A stretch of 64,000 bases of DNA, taken from contig CM075995.1 in the NCBI GenBank assembly GCA_038087875.1, forward strand, positions 1 through 64,000. The letters are read 5' to 3'. Below, piece after piece: positions 1 through 12,800 of this stretch; positions within the stretch are counted from its first letter, which is position 1, and each line of letters begins with the position of its first letter. The notes beneath the pieces were generated by a model that saw only the letters and a list, made by a program, of their open reading frames with translations, made no database searches and was not told where the DNA came from. A program made the position numbers and the translations under genes. Source of the DNA: Malacoraja senta (taxonomy: Eukaryota).

Positions 1-134
1 TGGGAGGATATCGGAGCACCTGGAAGAAACACGCAGTCACAGAGAGAATGTGCAAACTCCACAGACATCATCCAAGGTCAGGTTCAAACCCAGGTCTCCG
101 ACACTGTGAAGCAGCAGTTCTACCAGCTGTGCCA
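1..134 (-). mobile_element. tRNA-derived SINE, 5' part (cut by window edge)
   Basis: Reverse complement reads tggcacagctgg...gacctgggtttgaacc (A/B-box-like head) followed by the same body as the copies at 18525 and 53909. Confidence 0.75.
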
Positions 135-289
135 TATTTCGACTCAATAAATATTTCTAGCTCAGTTTTACATCATAAATGTCTTGTGGTACTTAATATG
201 ATATATTATATGTGATATATAGAACACTAAAGCAGGCCCTTCTGCCCAACTTGCCCATGCTAACCAATATGACGCATCTGCACTAGTCG

Positions 290-1475
290 AACCTTTTCAG
301 ATTTTCAAAAAGCATTTGATAAGGTGCCACACATGAGGCTGCTAAGGAAGCCATGGTATCAAAGGGCAGATACTAGCATGGATAGCAGGTTGGCTGAATG
401 GCAGAAGACAAAGAGTGGCAATGAAGTGGGCTTTTTCTGGTTGGCTGCCAGTGACTAGCGGAGTTCCGCAGGGGTCTGTGCTGGGGCCAATACTCTTCAC
501 GTTGTATATTAATGATTTGGATAAGGGGATTGAAGGATTTGTGACCAAGTTTGTGGATGATACAAAAATAGGTGGAAGGGCAGGTAGTGCAGAGAAAGCA
601 GGGACTCTGCAGAAGGACTTGGACAGGTTGGGAAAGTGGGCAAAGAATTGGCGGATGGAATATGGTGTAGCAAAGTGTGGAGTCATGCATTTTGGTAGTA
701 GGAATAAAGGCATAGACTATTTTCTAAATGGGGAGAGAACCCAGAAATTGGAGGTGCAAAGGGGCTTGGGAGTGCTGGTGCAGGATTCCCAAAATGTTAA
801 TCTGCAAGTTGAATCGGTAGTAAAGAAAGCAAACGCAATAATAGCATCTATGTAAAGAGGACTAGAATACAAAAACAGGGATGTAACGCTGAGGCTATAT
901 AAGGAGCTGGTCAGGCCACATTTGGACTATTGTGAGCAATTTTGGGCACCATATCTGAGGAAGGATGTGCTGGCCCTGGAGAGGGTCCAAAGGAGGTTTA
1001 CAAGAATGATCCCAAGAATGAGTGGGTTAACCTATGATGAGCATTTGACGACACTGAGCTTTTACACGCTGGAGTTTAGAAGAATGAAGGGGGACCTCAT
1101 TGAAATGTACCGGATAGTGAAAGGATTGGATAGAGTGGATGCGAATGTGGGGAGGATGTTTCCACTAGTGGGAGAGTCCAGGACTAGAGGTCATAGCCTC
1201 AGAATTAAAGGACATTCCTTTAGGAACGAGATGAGAAGGAATTTCTTTAGTTAGAGGGTGGTGAATCTGGAATTCTTTGCCACAGAAGGCTGTGGAGGCC
1301 AAGTCAATGGATATTTTTAAAGCATAGATAGATTCCTGATCAGTATGGTTGTCAGAGGTTATAGGGAGAAGGCAGGAGAATGAGGTTAGGGGGGAGAGAT
1401 AAATCAGCCATGATTGAATGGCGGAATAGACTTGATGGGCCGAATGGCCTAATTCTGCTCTTATTACTTATGACC
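290..1475 (+). mobile_element. CR1 LINE 3' part (degenerate RT and 3' UTR)
   Basis: ORF fragments SGVPQGSVLGPILF..FVDDTKIGG and ALERVQRRFTRMI; typical CR1 3' end gggccgaatggcctaattctgctc. Confidence 0.9.
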
Positions 1476-1663
1476 TGCCCGCATTTGGCCCATATCCCAC
1501 TAGACCTTTCCTATACATGTACCACTCCAAATCATTTATATCACCAAATACCATTTGTTCTGGAATTGATCAATTATTTTTTGAATACTTACATCAATCA
1601 ATCTCATAGAAGTTATCTGGTTCTGGCATTAAAATCACATATCGGGCACATACTAGAAAAGAA

Positions 1664-1960
1664 GGGTGGCACAGTTATATGGCTGGGGTGGCTGCCGCAC
1701 AGCTCCTGGGTTAAGGCCTGACCTTGCGTTCCACACTTTGTGCAGAGATTACACGTTCTCCCTATGAAAGCAAATGTTTTATCTGGGTACACCAGTTTCT
1801 TCACACATCCCTAGACAGTTGAAGGTTGGTTGGTCAGTTAGCGGAGTGTTAAGGTGTGTGGTGAAATCTAAGGGGAGTTGATGGGAATAATGGCACAATA
1901 AAATGAGATTAGGGTGCTTGATGACCAGCACAGATTCTATGGGCTGAAGTCTACTATGAG
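1664..1960 (+). mobile_element. Degenerate tRNA-derived SINE
   Basis: ggtggcacag head, followed by diverged body motifs (acgttctccctatga, ccagtttcttcacacatcc). Confidence 0.55.
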
Positions 1961-2044
1961 AGTGAGGGCTCACCTTTGATTTTATGCTGGTTGATTTTCT
2001 AGTGTCAAAGGCACTAAACCAAAATCACTGAACCAATATCTTTA

Positions 2045-2320
2045 TCAAGACACTAAGTGCTGGAGTAACTCAGCGGGTCAGGCAGCATCTGTGAAGGGAA
2101 TGGACAGGCGACGTTTCAGGTCAGGACCCTTCTTCAGACTGATTGTAATAGGAGGAAGAAAGCAGGAAAAGAAGTGGAGGCAGAACAACATCTGGCAAGT
2201 GATAGGTGGATGCAGGTGAAGGAGTTTGAATGCCAGATAGGTGGACAAAGGATAGAGACAAAAGGAGTGTCAAGTAAGGGGAGAAAAGGAGTGAAATGTA
2301 AAGCCAGAAGGCGGGACATG
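2045..2320 (-). mobile_element. Penelope-like pLTR fragment with hammerhead-like motif
   Basis: gctggagtaactcagcgggtcaggcagcatct motif; reverse complement of 2110-2137 is ctgaagaagggtcctgacctgaaacgtc. Confidence 0.7.
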
Positions 2321-2477
2321 GGTGGCATCCGATTTGAAACCATTTGGTTTTCTGCTAAGTTAAAGATAATCAGGAATAAATCATAACTTTGATACATTTC
2401 AAAATAAATCATTGTCTGAAGAGAAGGTTTGCAGTTCAGAACTATTCACAGGTGTCCTCCATATATATGTGGATCTA

Positions 2478-3690
2478 ATTTAGAATGGAGATGAGGAATT
2501 ACTTTCGCCAGATGGCGGTAAATCCCACATTTATTGCCACTGATGGCTGTGGAGGCCAAGAAATTGGGTATTTTAAAAAACGGAGATTGATACCCTCTTA
2601 ATTAGGAAGGTCGTCAAAGGTTACAGGGAAAAGGCAGGAGAATGGGGTTGAGAGGGAATAGTAGATTAGCCATGATTGAATGGCAATATGGACTTGATGG
2701 GCTGAATGGCATATTTCCACACCTGTGTCTTATGGTCTTAACTAGTTGACTCATTTCTGCAGAAAGATAATTCTGGGTTGGTATCTTTCAGTGTCTCAGG
2801 GCTCTTACTCAACATTTTCATTTATTTAAAAAATGACTAATAAAGTTGTAAGGGCCGGTGATTCACAGTGTGCATGCAAAAGCAAACACTCCTATTATTC
2901 TGAAGAACCAAGAAACTGCAGATGTTGCAAAATACAAAATGCCAAAGGAACTCATCAGGTCTGATATTGATACCTTTGGGCACAAGAGGATGAGGGGTGA
3001 TCTTATAGAGGTGTATAAGATCATGAAAAGAATAGATAGAATAAATGTACAGTCTTACACACAGTAGGGGGATCAGGAACTAGTGGACACAGATTTAAAG
3101 TGAAGGGGGAAAAATTTAATAGGAATCTGAGGGACAACGTTTATTTTACACAAAAGGAAGTAGGCGTATGGAACGAGCTGCTGAAGGTTGTTGAGGCGGG
3201 TACTATCACGTTTAAAGAACATTTAGACAGGTACATGGATAGGATAGGTTTCGAAGGATATGGGCCAAACACATGCAGGTGGGACTAGCGTAGATGGGGC
3301 ATGTTGGTCAGCGTATAGTAGATCCTCCCACTTCAATTTCTGCTTGTAAGCAGGGGGTAGAAGCGCAGCCAGCGATCAGATTTCCCAATGAGGCATCTGG
3401 GATTGGAACGGTATGTGTTTTTGATGTTTGTGCAGCAGTGATCAAGAGTGTTTGTTCATAAATTCTTATGTTCTAGGAGCAGAATTAGGCTATTCGGCCC
3501 ATTGTCTACTTCCATTCAATCATGGCTGATCTATCTTTCCCTCACAACCCCATTCTCCTGCCTTCTTCTCGATCAATAAGGGAGAGCAGGAGAATGGGAT
3601 TGAGAGAGAAACATTGATCAGCCATGATTGAATGGCGGAGTAGACTTGATGGGCCAAATGGCCTAATTCTGCTCCTATAACTTATGAATT
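2478..3690. mobile_element. Cluster of short CR1 3'-end fragments in both orientations
   Basis: RMRGDLIEVYKIM and FTQKEVGVWNEL motifs; repeated CR1 3' UTR sequence (gccatgattgaatggc). Confidence 0.75.
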
Positions 3691-3720
3691 TATGAATTAT
3701 GAACTATTGCACTTAAATAA

Positions 3721-3844
3721 TTCTTCTTGCATATGGCGTGCACAGCCTAAAGTTGTAGGTCAACTTGTTCTATTTGATCTATTTGTTTGTGCACGTCGGG
3801 TTGATTGCAGGGTGGACCACGTGAAGGTTGCAATTTCCCACCCC
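3721..3844 (-). mobile_element. 124-bp non-autonomous retroelement with HDV-like ribozyme head and (AAG)n tail, probably Vingi-mobilised
   Basis: 10-bp TSD acttaaataa at 3711-3720 and 3845-3854. The - strand starts GGGGTGG..ATTGCA-ACC-TTCACGT-GGT-CCACCCT and ends catatgcaagaagaa. Confidence 0.75.
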
Positions 3845-4227
3845 ACTTAAATAATTATTTACCTTGCAAACTGATAGTATAAGAATGATTGGTTTACACG
3901 GCTATCAAAACAGGAAATGGGATTTAAGAAACATTTCTTCTTTGGAACTCCAATGACTCAATATACAGTTTCAGGTTAATTAGTGACTCACAGTAACAAT
4001 TTCCCCAATAAACAGAAATGCTCATTGCAACAGTTGGTGCAGGGAATGCCCTATTAGCAGTCTGCTGCATTTTCCTGGAATTTGTCCCATTTCATAAGAT
4101 GCTTTCAAATAGCTGTGGAAACAGCAGTGTAGTTTTATTTCTTGTCCAACCGGCCAAATTTTTTTCAATAAGTTATTTTTCTTTTCCAAACTGATGTCAC
4201 TTAACCAAATACAACAAACACTACTTA

Positions 4228-4790
4228 GAGTCATAGCCCTTCGGCCTGACTTGCCCACACTCACCGATATGCCCCATATACACTTTTCCCACCTGCTTGC
4301 GTTTGGCCTATATCCCTCTAAACCTATCCTAGCCCTGTACCTATCTAAATGTTTCTTAAACATTATGATAGTATCTGCCTCAACTACCTCCTCTAGCAGC
4401 TTGTTTCATATACCTACCACTCTTTGTGTATTAAAGCTTTCTGCCCTTACCTTAAACCTGTGTCTTCTGGTTCTCGGTTCCCTACTCTGGGTAAAAGACT
4501 CTGGGCATTTACCCTATCTATTCCTCGCGTGATCTCATACACCTCTATAAGATCATCCCTCATAACAGCGTGACCAAAACTGAACGCAATACTCAAAATG
4601 TGGCCTCACCAATGTCCTGTACAACTGTAGCATGACTGTCCAACTCAATACTCTGACTGTTGAAGGCTGAAAGTCTTCTTGACCTCCCTATCTACTTGTG
4701 ACACCACTTTCAAGGAACTATGTACCTTCACTTCTCAATCCATCTGCTCAACAACATTCCCCAGATCACAGCCATCCCCTGTGTAAACTG
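4228..4790 (-). mobile_element. CR1 3' fragment
   Basis: FKKHLDRY..GLEGY motif; CR1 3' UTR. Confidence 0.75.
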
Positions 4791-4914
4791 CGCACAACTA
4801 ATTTCCTTTTACAGTTAACCCATTCTAATCCTCAAAATTATTAAATTCTGCCGCTTTATAAATGGTACCCATTCAAACGTGATGTTGGAGCATAAACAAA
4901 ATTTAAGGTTAAAA

Positions 4915-5120
4915 AAGAACACAAAGTGCTGGAGTAACCCAGTGGGTCAGACAGCATCTCCAGAGATCAAGGATTGATGATGTTTCGGGTTGAAATCCAT
5001 CTTTAAAATGATAGTATAAGAGTAAGATAGACGCTAAAAGCTGGAGTAACTCAGCAGGACAGGGGGCATCTCTGGAGAGAAGGAATGGGAGATGTTTCGG
5101 GTCAAGACCATTCTTCAGAT
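4915..5120 (-). mobile_element. Two tandem Penelope pLTR-derived units
   Basis: Two gctggagtaac..cagcatct..gtttcgggt units; the second ends ttcttcag (hammerhead-like core on the - strand). Confidence 0.65.
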
Positions 5121-5144
5121 TACCTTTATAAGATTACCCTTTAA

Positions 5145-5915
5145 GTTCAAATTCAAGTTACATTTATTGTCACATGCACCAATTGGTGCAGTGATATTTG
5201 AGTTACCATACAGCCATACGAATAAAAAGAACACAATACACGATAGAATTTAACAGGAACATCCCCACACAGCGGAATCAACATTTCCCACTGTGAGGGA
5301 AGGCAATAAAGTTCAGTCATCTTCCTCATTGTTCACCCGTGGTCGGGGCCTTTGAGCCCTCCGCAGTCGCTGCTGCATCGGTCTGATGTTCAGGCCCTCT
5401 TGCCGGTATGATCGGAACTCTGACGTCGGAACAGAAGAACACTCTCAGCGGCTTGGAGATTCCGAATCGGCCACTTCTTACCGGAGACCTCGGCTCCCGA
5501 AGTCCACAGGCCGAGCTGGGCGAAGCTCCAACACTAGCGACCCTCTGCATAGGATCCCAGGACTCCACGATGTTAAAGTCAGCGCCGCCCGCTGCTAGAA
5601 GCTCCGCAAACCACAGCTCCACGGTGTTAAACAGCAGGCCCAACACTCCAGAGCTTCAACACGGCGATCCCCGGTAAGGCATCGCCCACCCTCTGCGATG
5701 GTAATTCAGTGCTGCGCCGCTGCTGAAGCTCTGGCCGGTCTCCGGCAGGAAAGGCCGCACCAATCCAGATGGTAGGCCGCGAGGGGTGGGGGCGAAGATG
5801 CGATGGAGAGTAGACGCATCCTCGACCAGGAAGTGACTGAGAAATGGTTTCCCCCATTCCCCCCCACCTCCCCCACATAAAAATACTAAGAAACCTACAA
5901 AAACATACTTTTAAA
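5145..5915 (-). mobile_element. Unclassified GC/CpG-rich non-autonomous retroelement with LINE-like tail
   Basis: The - strand ends tgtgacaataaatgtaacttgaatttgaac (poly(A) signal plus short-repeat tail like the Rex1 tails in this window). No recognisable protein in any ORF. Confidence 0.45.
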
Positions 5916-5919
5916 CAAA

Positions 5920-8830
5920 ATGGACAATAGGTGCTGGAGAAGGCCATTCGGCCCTTCGAGCCAGCACCGCCATTCACTGGGATCATGGCTAATCATCCAC
6001 AATCAGTATCCCGTTCCTGCTTTCTCCCCATATTCCCTGACTCCGCTATCTTTAAGAGATTTATCTAACTCTCCCTTGAACGCATCCAGGGAATTGGCCT
6101 CCACTGCCTTCTGAGGCAGAGAATGCCACAGATTCACAACCCTCTGTGTGAAAAAGTTTTTCCTCATCTCCGTTCTAAATGACGTACCCCTTATTTTTAA
6201 ACTGCCTCCAACGTGTCCAAACGCTTAATAATCTTATATGTTTCAATAAGATATCCTCTCATCCTTCTTCATTCCAGAGTATACAAGCCCAGCCGCTCCA
6301 TTCTATCAACATATGACAGTCCTGCCATCCCGGGAATTAACCTTGTGAACCTACGCTGCACTCCCTCAATAGCAAGAATGTCCTTCCTCAAATTTGGAGA
6401 CCAAAACTGCACACAATACTCCAGGTGTGGTCTCACTAGGGCCCTGTACAACTGCAGAAGGACCTCTTTGCTCCTATACTCAACTCCTCTTGTTATGAAG
6501 GCCAACATGCCATTTGCTTTCTTCACTGCCTGCTGTACCTGCATGCTTACTTTCAGTGACTGATGAACAAGGACCCCCAGATCTCATTGTACTTCCCCTT
6601 TTCCCAACTTGACACCATTCAGATAATAGTCGGCCTTCCTATTTTGCCACCAAAGTGGATAACCTCACATTTATCCACATTAAACTGCATCTACCATGCA
6701 TTTGCCCACCACCCAACCTGTCCAAGTCACCCTGCATCCTCCTCACAGTTCACACTGCCACCCAGCTTTGTGTCATCTGCAAATTTGCTAAGGTTACTTT
6801 TAATCCCTTCATCTAAATTATTTATTAGCTGTGGTCCCAGCACCGAGCCTTGCAGTACCTCACTAGTCACTGCCTGCCATTCTGAAAGGGACCCGTTAAT
6901 CCCTACTCTTTGTTTCCTGTCTGCCAACCAATTTTCTATCCATGGTAGTACCCAACCTCCAATACCATGTGCTCTAATTTTGCTCACTAATCGGACCTTA
7001 TCAAATGCTTTCTGAAAGTCCAGGTACACTACATCCACTGGCTCTCCCTTGTACATTTTCCTAGTTACATCCTCAAAAAATTCCAGAAGATTAGTCAAGC
7101 ATGATTTCCCCTTCGTAAATCCATGCTGACTCGGACCGATCCTGTTACTGCTACCCAAATGTGCCGCTATTTCATCTTTTATAATTAACTCCAGCATCTT
7201 CCCCACCACCGATGTCAGGCTAACTGGCCTATAATTCCGTTTTCTCTCTCCCGCCTTTCTAAAAAAGTGGGATATTAGCTACCCTTCAATCCACAGGAAC
7301 TGATCCTGAATCTATAGAACATTGGAAAATGATCACCAATGTGTCCACGACTCCTTAAGTACCCTGGGATGCAGACCCTCAGTCCCATCAGTCTACCCAA
7401 CACCATTTCCTGGCAAATGTGAATTTCCTTCAGTTCCTCTGTCACCCTAGATCCTCTGGCCACTAGTACATCAGGGAGATTGTTTGTGTCTTCCTTAGTG
7501 CAAAGTACCTGTTCAACTCGTCTGCCATTCCCTTGTTCCCCATAATAAATTCACCTGTTTCAGTCTTCAAAGGTCCAACTATGGTCTGAAATAATGTTTT
7601 CCTCTTCACATACCTAAAGAAGCTTTTACTATCCTCCTTTATATTATTGTCTTACTTACCTTCGTACCTCATCTTTTCTCCCTTTATTGCCTTTTTAGTT
7701 ATCTTCTGTTGCTCTTTAAAAGTTACCCAATCCTTTGGCTTCCCGCTCATCTTTGCTATGTTATACTTCTCTTTTATTTTTATACTGTCCCTGACTTCCC
7801 TTGTCAGCCACGGTCTCCCATTACTCCCCTTGGAATCTCCCTTCCTCTTTGGAATGAACTGATCCTGCACCTTCTGAATTATTCCCAGAAATACCTGCCA
7901 TTGTTGTTCCACTGTTATCCCTGCGAGGGTATCTTTCCAGTCAACTTTGGCCAGCTCCTCCCTCATGGCTCCATAGTCCCCTTTGTTGAATTGTAATACT
8001 GACACTTCCGATTTTCCCTTCTCCCTCTCAAATTGTAGATTAAAACATCATATTATGGTCACTACCTCCGAATGGCTCCTTTACCTCGAGTTCCCTTATC
8101 AAATCAGGTTCATCACACGACACTAAATCCAGAATTGCCTGCTCCCTGGTAGGCTCCAGTACAAGCTGCTCTAAGAATCCATCATGGAGGCACTCCACAA
8201 ACTCCTTCATGGGGTCCAGTACCAACCTGATTTTCCCAGTCTACCTGCATGTTGAAATCTCCCATAACAACCGTAGCATTACCTTCGCGACATGCCAATT
8301 TTAACTCTTGATTCAACTTGCACCCTATATCCAGGCACTGTTTGGGGCCTGTAGATAACTCCCATTAGAGTCTTTTTATCCTTACAATTCCTCAGTTCTA
8401 TCCATACTGACTCTACATCGCCTGATTCAACGTCAACCCTCGCAAGGGCCTGAATTTCATTCCTCACCAACAGAGCTACCCCACCCCCTCTGCCACCTGT
8501 CTGTCTTTTCGATAGGACGTATACCCTTGAATATTCAGTTCCCAGCCCTGGTCCGCTTGCAGCCCCGTCTCTGTAATTCCCACAACATCATACTTGCCAA
8601 TTCCTAATCAAGCTCACCCACTTTATTTCTTATACTTTGCGCATTCATATACAACAATTTAGCTTTGGTATTCACCTCCCCTCTCACACTATTGACCCTG
8701 ACCTCACTCTCTTATCCCGTCTCGAACTTTGCTTCCCATTAATTCGGGAGTCTTTTGTAGCTTTTCCTGTACAGACCCCCTTTAATTCCATCTTTATACT
8801 CCCAATTTGTCAACCTCTCCCCCCCCTTTA
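5920..8830 (-). mobile_element. CR1 LINE ORF2 (APE endonuclease and RT) plus 3' UTR, degenerate; continues at 14739
   Basis: [82 protein letters not shown]. Confidence 0.92.
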
Positions 8831-9033
8831 GTAGGCCCCCCTCGGTCATGACTGACCATGGGTGATGCATCTGGTCGGATGCAAGTCTGTGCGATGTCAT
8901 ATGGAGGACAGGCTGTTGCCCATGCAGCACGTCCCCCCTCTCCACGTCGCTGATCGATCGAAGGGAACAGCAGGGGAGTTACAGTTTGGCACCAGCGCCG
9001 TCGCAGGAGCTGCCAGAGCGAGGATGTAGACAA

Positions 9034-9666
9034 GGAAGATCTTTCCTGGTCCGAGAACAATGATGCCATTATTAAGAAAGCACATCAGCGCCTCTACTTC
9101 CTGAGAAGATTACGGAGAGTCGGTTTGTCAAGGAGGACTCTCTCTAACTTCTACAGGTGCACAGTAGAGAGCATGCTGACCGGTTGCATCGTGGCTTGGT
9201 TTGGCAACTTGAGTGCCCTGGAGAGGAAAAGACTACAAAAAGTAGTAAACACTGCCCAGTCCATCATCGGCTCTGACCTCCCTTCCATCGAGGGGATCTA
9301 CCACAGTCGCTGCCTCAAAAATGCTGGCAGCATCATCAAGGACCCACACCATCCTGGCCACACACTCATCTCCCTACTACCTTCAGGTAGAAGGTACAGG
9401 AGCCTGAAGACTGCAACGACCAGGTTCAGGAACAGCTACTTCCCCACAGCCATCAGGCTATTAAACCTGGCTCGGACATAACACTGAACTTTACTAGCCA
9501 ATACTGTTATTTGCACTTTATCAGTATATTGACCATTGTGTATATATTTATAGAATGCCTTGTAGTAAATGCCTACTATGTTCTGTTGTGCTCAAGCAAA
9601 GCAAGAATTTCATTGTCCTACCAGGGACACATGACAATAAACTCACTTGACTTGACTTGACTTGAC
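9034..9666 (+). mobile_element. Rex1/Babar LINE 3' end, 5'-truncated (copy 1)
   Basis: KKAHQRLYFLRRL, FYRCTVESMLTGCIVAWFG, LLPSGRRYRSLK..RFRNSYFPTAIRLLN; aataaa plus (cttga)n tail. Confidence 0.9.
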
Positions 9667-9811
9667 AACGACGAACTGCCTTAGGGGCTCCGACTCCGGA
9701 TTTTCTTGAGGTTTACTCTTGGAGCCTTTTCAATGACTGGAGGTTTTAAATTAGTTTCCCTCTCCTAGATGGACTGCCTTCTCAGGCTGACGAGCCCCAT
9801 CTGCACGAGAC
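9036..9811 (+). repeat. 776-bp direct repeat, copy 1 (copy 2 at 13906-14681)
   Basis: Identical 118-aa ORFs at an offset of 4870 bp; only one mismatch seen (9794 g vs 14664 a). Confidence 0.95.
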
Positions 9812-12800
9812 AGCTAAAAATGTATAATTCTGACATTACCTTCCTACAAGAAACACACCTAAAACCTCAGGACCAAGTTAGGCTGAGGGCGAAATGGATA
9901 GGTCAAACATACCACTCTTCATTCACTTCAAAATCTAGAGGCACGTCAATTATCATAAGAAAAGGTATACCATTTAAAGCAAAGAATATTATAACAGATA
10001 TAGAAGGGAGATACCTAATAGTTAATGGAGAAATCCATGACACTCCACTTACTTTGGTAAATATATATGCCCCTAACTTTGATAACCCCCACTTTTTCAA
10101 TAAAATCTTCAATATAATTGCAGAGTCAAACTATCAAAATGTTATAATAGGCGGAGACTTTAACTGTGTTTTAGACCCGTACTTAGATAAATCAAGTCAA
10201 AAACAGAGAGGGAATATGAAATCGAAAACTGGGGAACTCCTCAATACCTACATAAACAACACTAATATAGCAGATATTTGGAGAATTGTGAATCCAACTG
10301 GCAGGGAATATTCGTTTTACTCAATGGTACATAAGACATACTCACGTATAGACTACTTTCTGCTGGATACAAAATTAATCCCCCAAACATCTAATGCAAT
10401 ATATCATACAAATTCAATTTCAGACCATTCTCCACTAACTTTCTTTTTAAAACTGGAAGGATTGTCTAAGAATAATTCATTCTGGAGATTTAACTCTCAA
10501 ATTTTAAAAGATCCACAAGCGAGTATATATTTAAAAGAACAAGTGGAGGTCTTTTTTCAAACAAATGATACTTCAGATATATCGCCTACTTTACTTTGGG
10601 AATCTTTTAAAGCATACATTAGGGGTATTATAATTTCATATCAAGCTTTTCAAAATAAAAAGAATAAGAATGAACAAAGACAGTTAGAAGAACTTATTAG
10701 ACAAATGGATATAGATAATGCTAAAGATCCATCAATAGATAAACATAATAAAATAATAATTTTAAAATTTAAATTAAATAAATTATTATCTGCCAAACTT
10801 ATAAGACTTTTTCAAATTACAAAACAAGAGCACTTTGAATTTGGGGATAAACCGCATAAACTTTTGGCTCGCCAGCTAAAAAAACGAGAAAAGGAACATA
10901 CTATACCAAAGATCAAATCAGATAAAGGGGAATTATTAACAACACCGAAGGATATTAATAAAAGATTTGCGCAATTTTACGAGAATTTGTATACATCTAA
11001 AACGATAATTGATTCCAATAATATCACAAAGTTCTTGGATACCTGTAATCTTCCAAAGTTAGAGCTGAAGGAACAAGAGGAACTGGGTGCACAAATCTCA
11101 ATTAAGGAATTAGAAGATACAATAAACTCACTAAAAAATGGAAAAACACCAGGCCCTGATGGATTTACTAATGAATTTTATAAAAACTTTTATGATAAAA
11201 TAATACCAAGATTACAAAAAATGTACCAATACGCTTTTAAAAAACGAATACTACCTGATACATTAGCGGAATCAACGATTACATTAATACCTAAGAAAAA
11301 TAAGGATTTAGAAGAACCTGGCTCATATAGAGCTATAGCATTGTTAAACACAGATCAAAAAATATTAGCGAAAACATTAGCCAGAAGATTAAGTAAATAC
11401 ATTAGTAAATTAATAAACCCAGATCAGACAGGGTTTATCCCTAAGAGATACTCTTCTAATAATATGAGACGTCTACTCAACATAATGCACTCACACAAAT
11501 CTGAAGATCAAGAATTATCAATTATTTCGCTGGATGCTGAAAAAGCATTTGATCAAGTAGAATGGAATTATATGGATAAAGTATTACAAAAATTTCAACT
11601 GGGAGAGAATTTTATTTTATGGATTAAGTTACTATATAACAAACCTACAGCTAGAATACTTACTAATAACATATTATCCTCGAAATTTCAACTATCAAGG
11701 GGAAATAGACAAGGATGCTCATTATCACCACAGCTGTTTGCTCTCATTATTGAACCGCTAGCAGAAAAAATTAGAATACACCCTGATATTCATGGATATA
11801 ATACTAAAGACTCATATAATAAAATATCTTTATACGCGGATGATATATTATTGTATATTACAAAACCTCAAATCACTATACCAAATATATTAAATTTAAT
11901 TGAAGACTTCGGATCTTTTTCTGGATATAGAATAAATTGGAATAAAAGTGAAATTATGTCAATAAAACCGAAAGATTCAACACATCTTTTAAAATTCCCT
12001 TTTAAAATAGCTACAGAAAAATTTAAATATTTGGGAATCGAAATTACCTTGGTATGCTCAGGGCAAATTTTGACCCCCTACTTAATAAACTGAATACATT
12101 AATTAAATTCTGGAAAACGCTTCCGATGTCTTTAATAGGCCGAATAAACGCAATAAAAATGATCTTTTTACCACAAATTTTATACCTATTTCAATCAATT
12201 CCTATATACTTACCTAAGAAGTTTTTTAAAAAACTCGACTCAGATATCACTAATTTTATATGGGACTATAAATCACATAGAATACAAAAAACCCATCTGA
12301 ATAAATCTAAAGTATTGGGGGGTCTAGCACTACCCAATTTTATGTATTATTATTGGTCAGTAAATATTAAAAACATGATTCAACTGATGGATAACTCCGC
12401 CCAGCAAGTAGACTGGATTGTAATGGAGAAAGAGGATTGCTCCTCTAGAAACATTGGAGCGATCCTCCTTTCTCCAATGAAATTGAATAACATAAACTAT
12501 AATAAGAACCCAATTATTCATAGTACAATCCGTATTTGGAAACAAATAAAACAAAATTTAAAATTAAGAAACTTATCACTTTTATTACCTATAGTCAATA
12601 ACCCTTCGTTTAGTCCTTCTATTATAGATAAAGCTTATACACAATGGGATAGACTAGGAATTAAAACGCTTGGTGACTTGTATGAAACTGGAAAATTACT
12701 TTCATTTCAACAATTACAAATAAAATATAAACTCGGAAATAATCAATATTTTAAATACTTTCAAATATGCGACTATTTGAAAAAATATATAAAAGATCAT

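Noticed and set aside
9769..9811. Apparent ATG-initiated N-terminus of L1 ORF2
   Set aside because: The first 14 codons come from the duplicated flank, not from L1; the in-frame fusion is probably chance.
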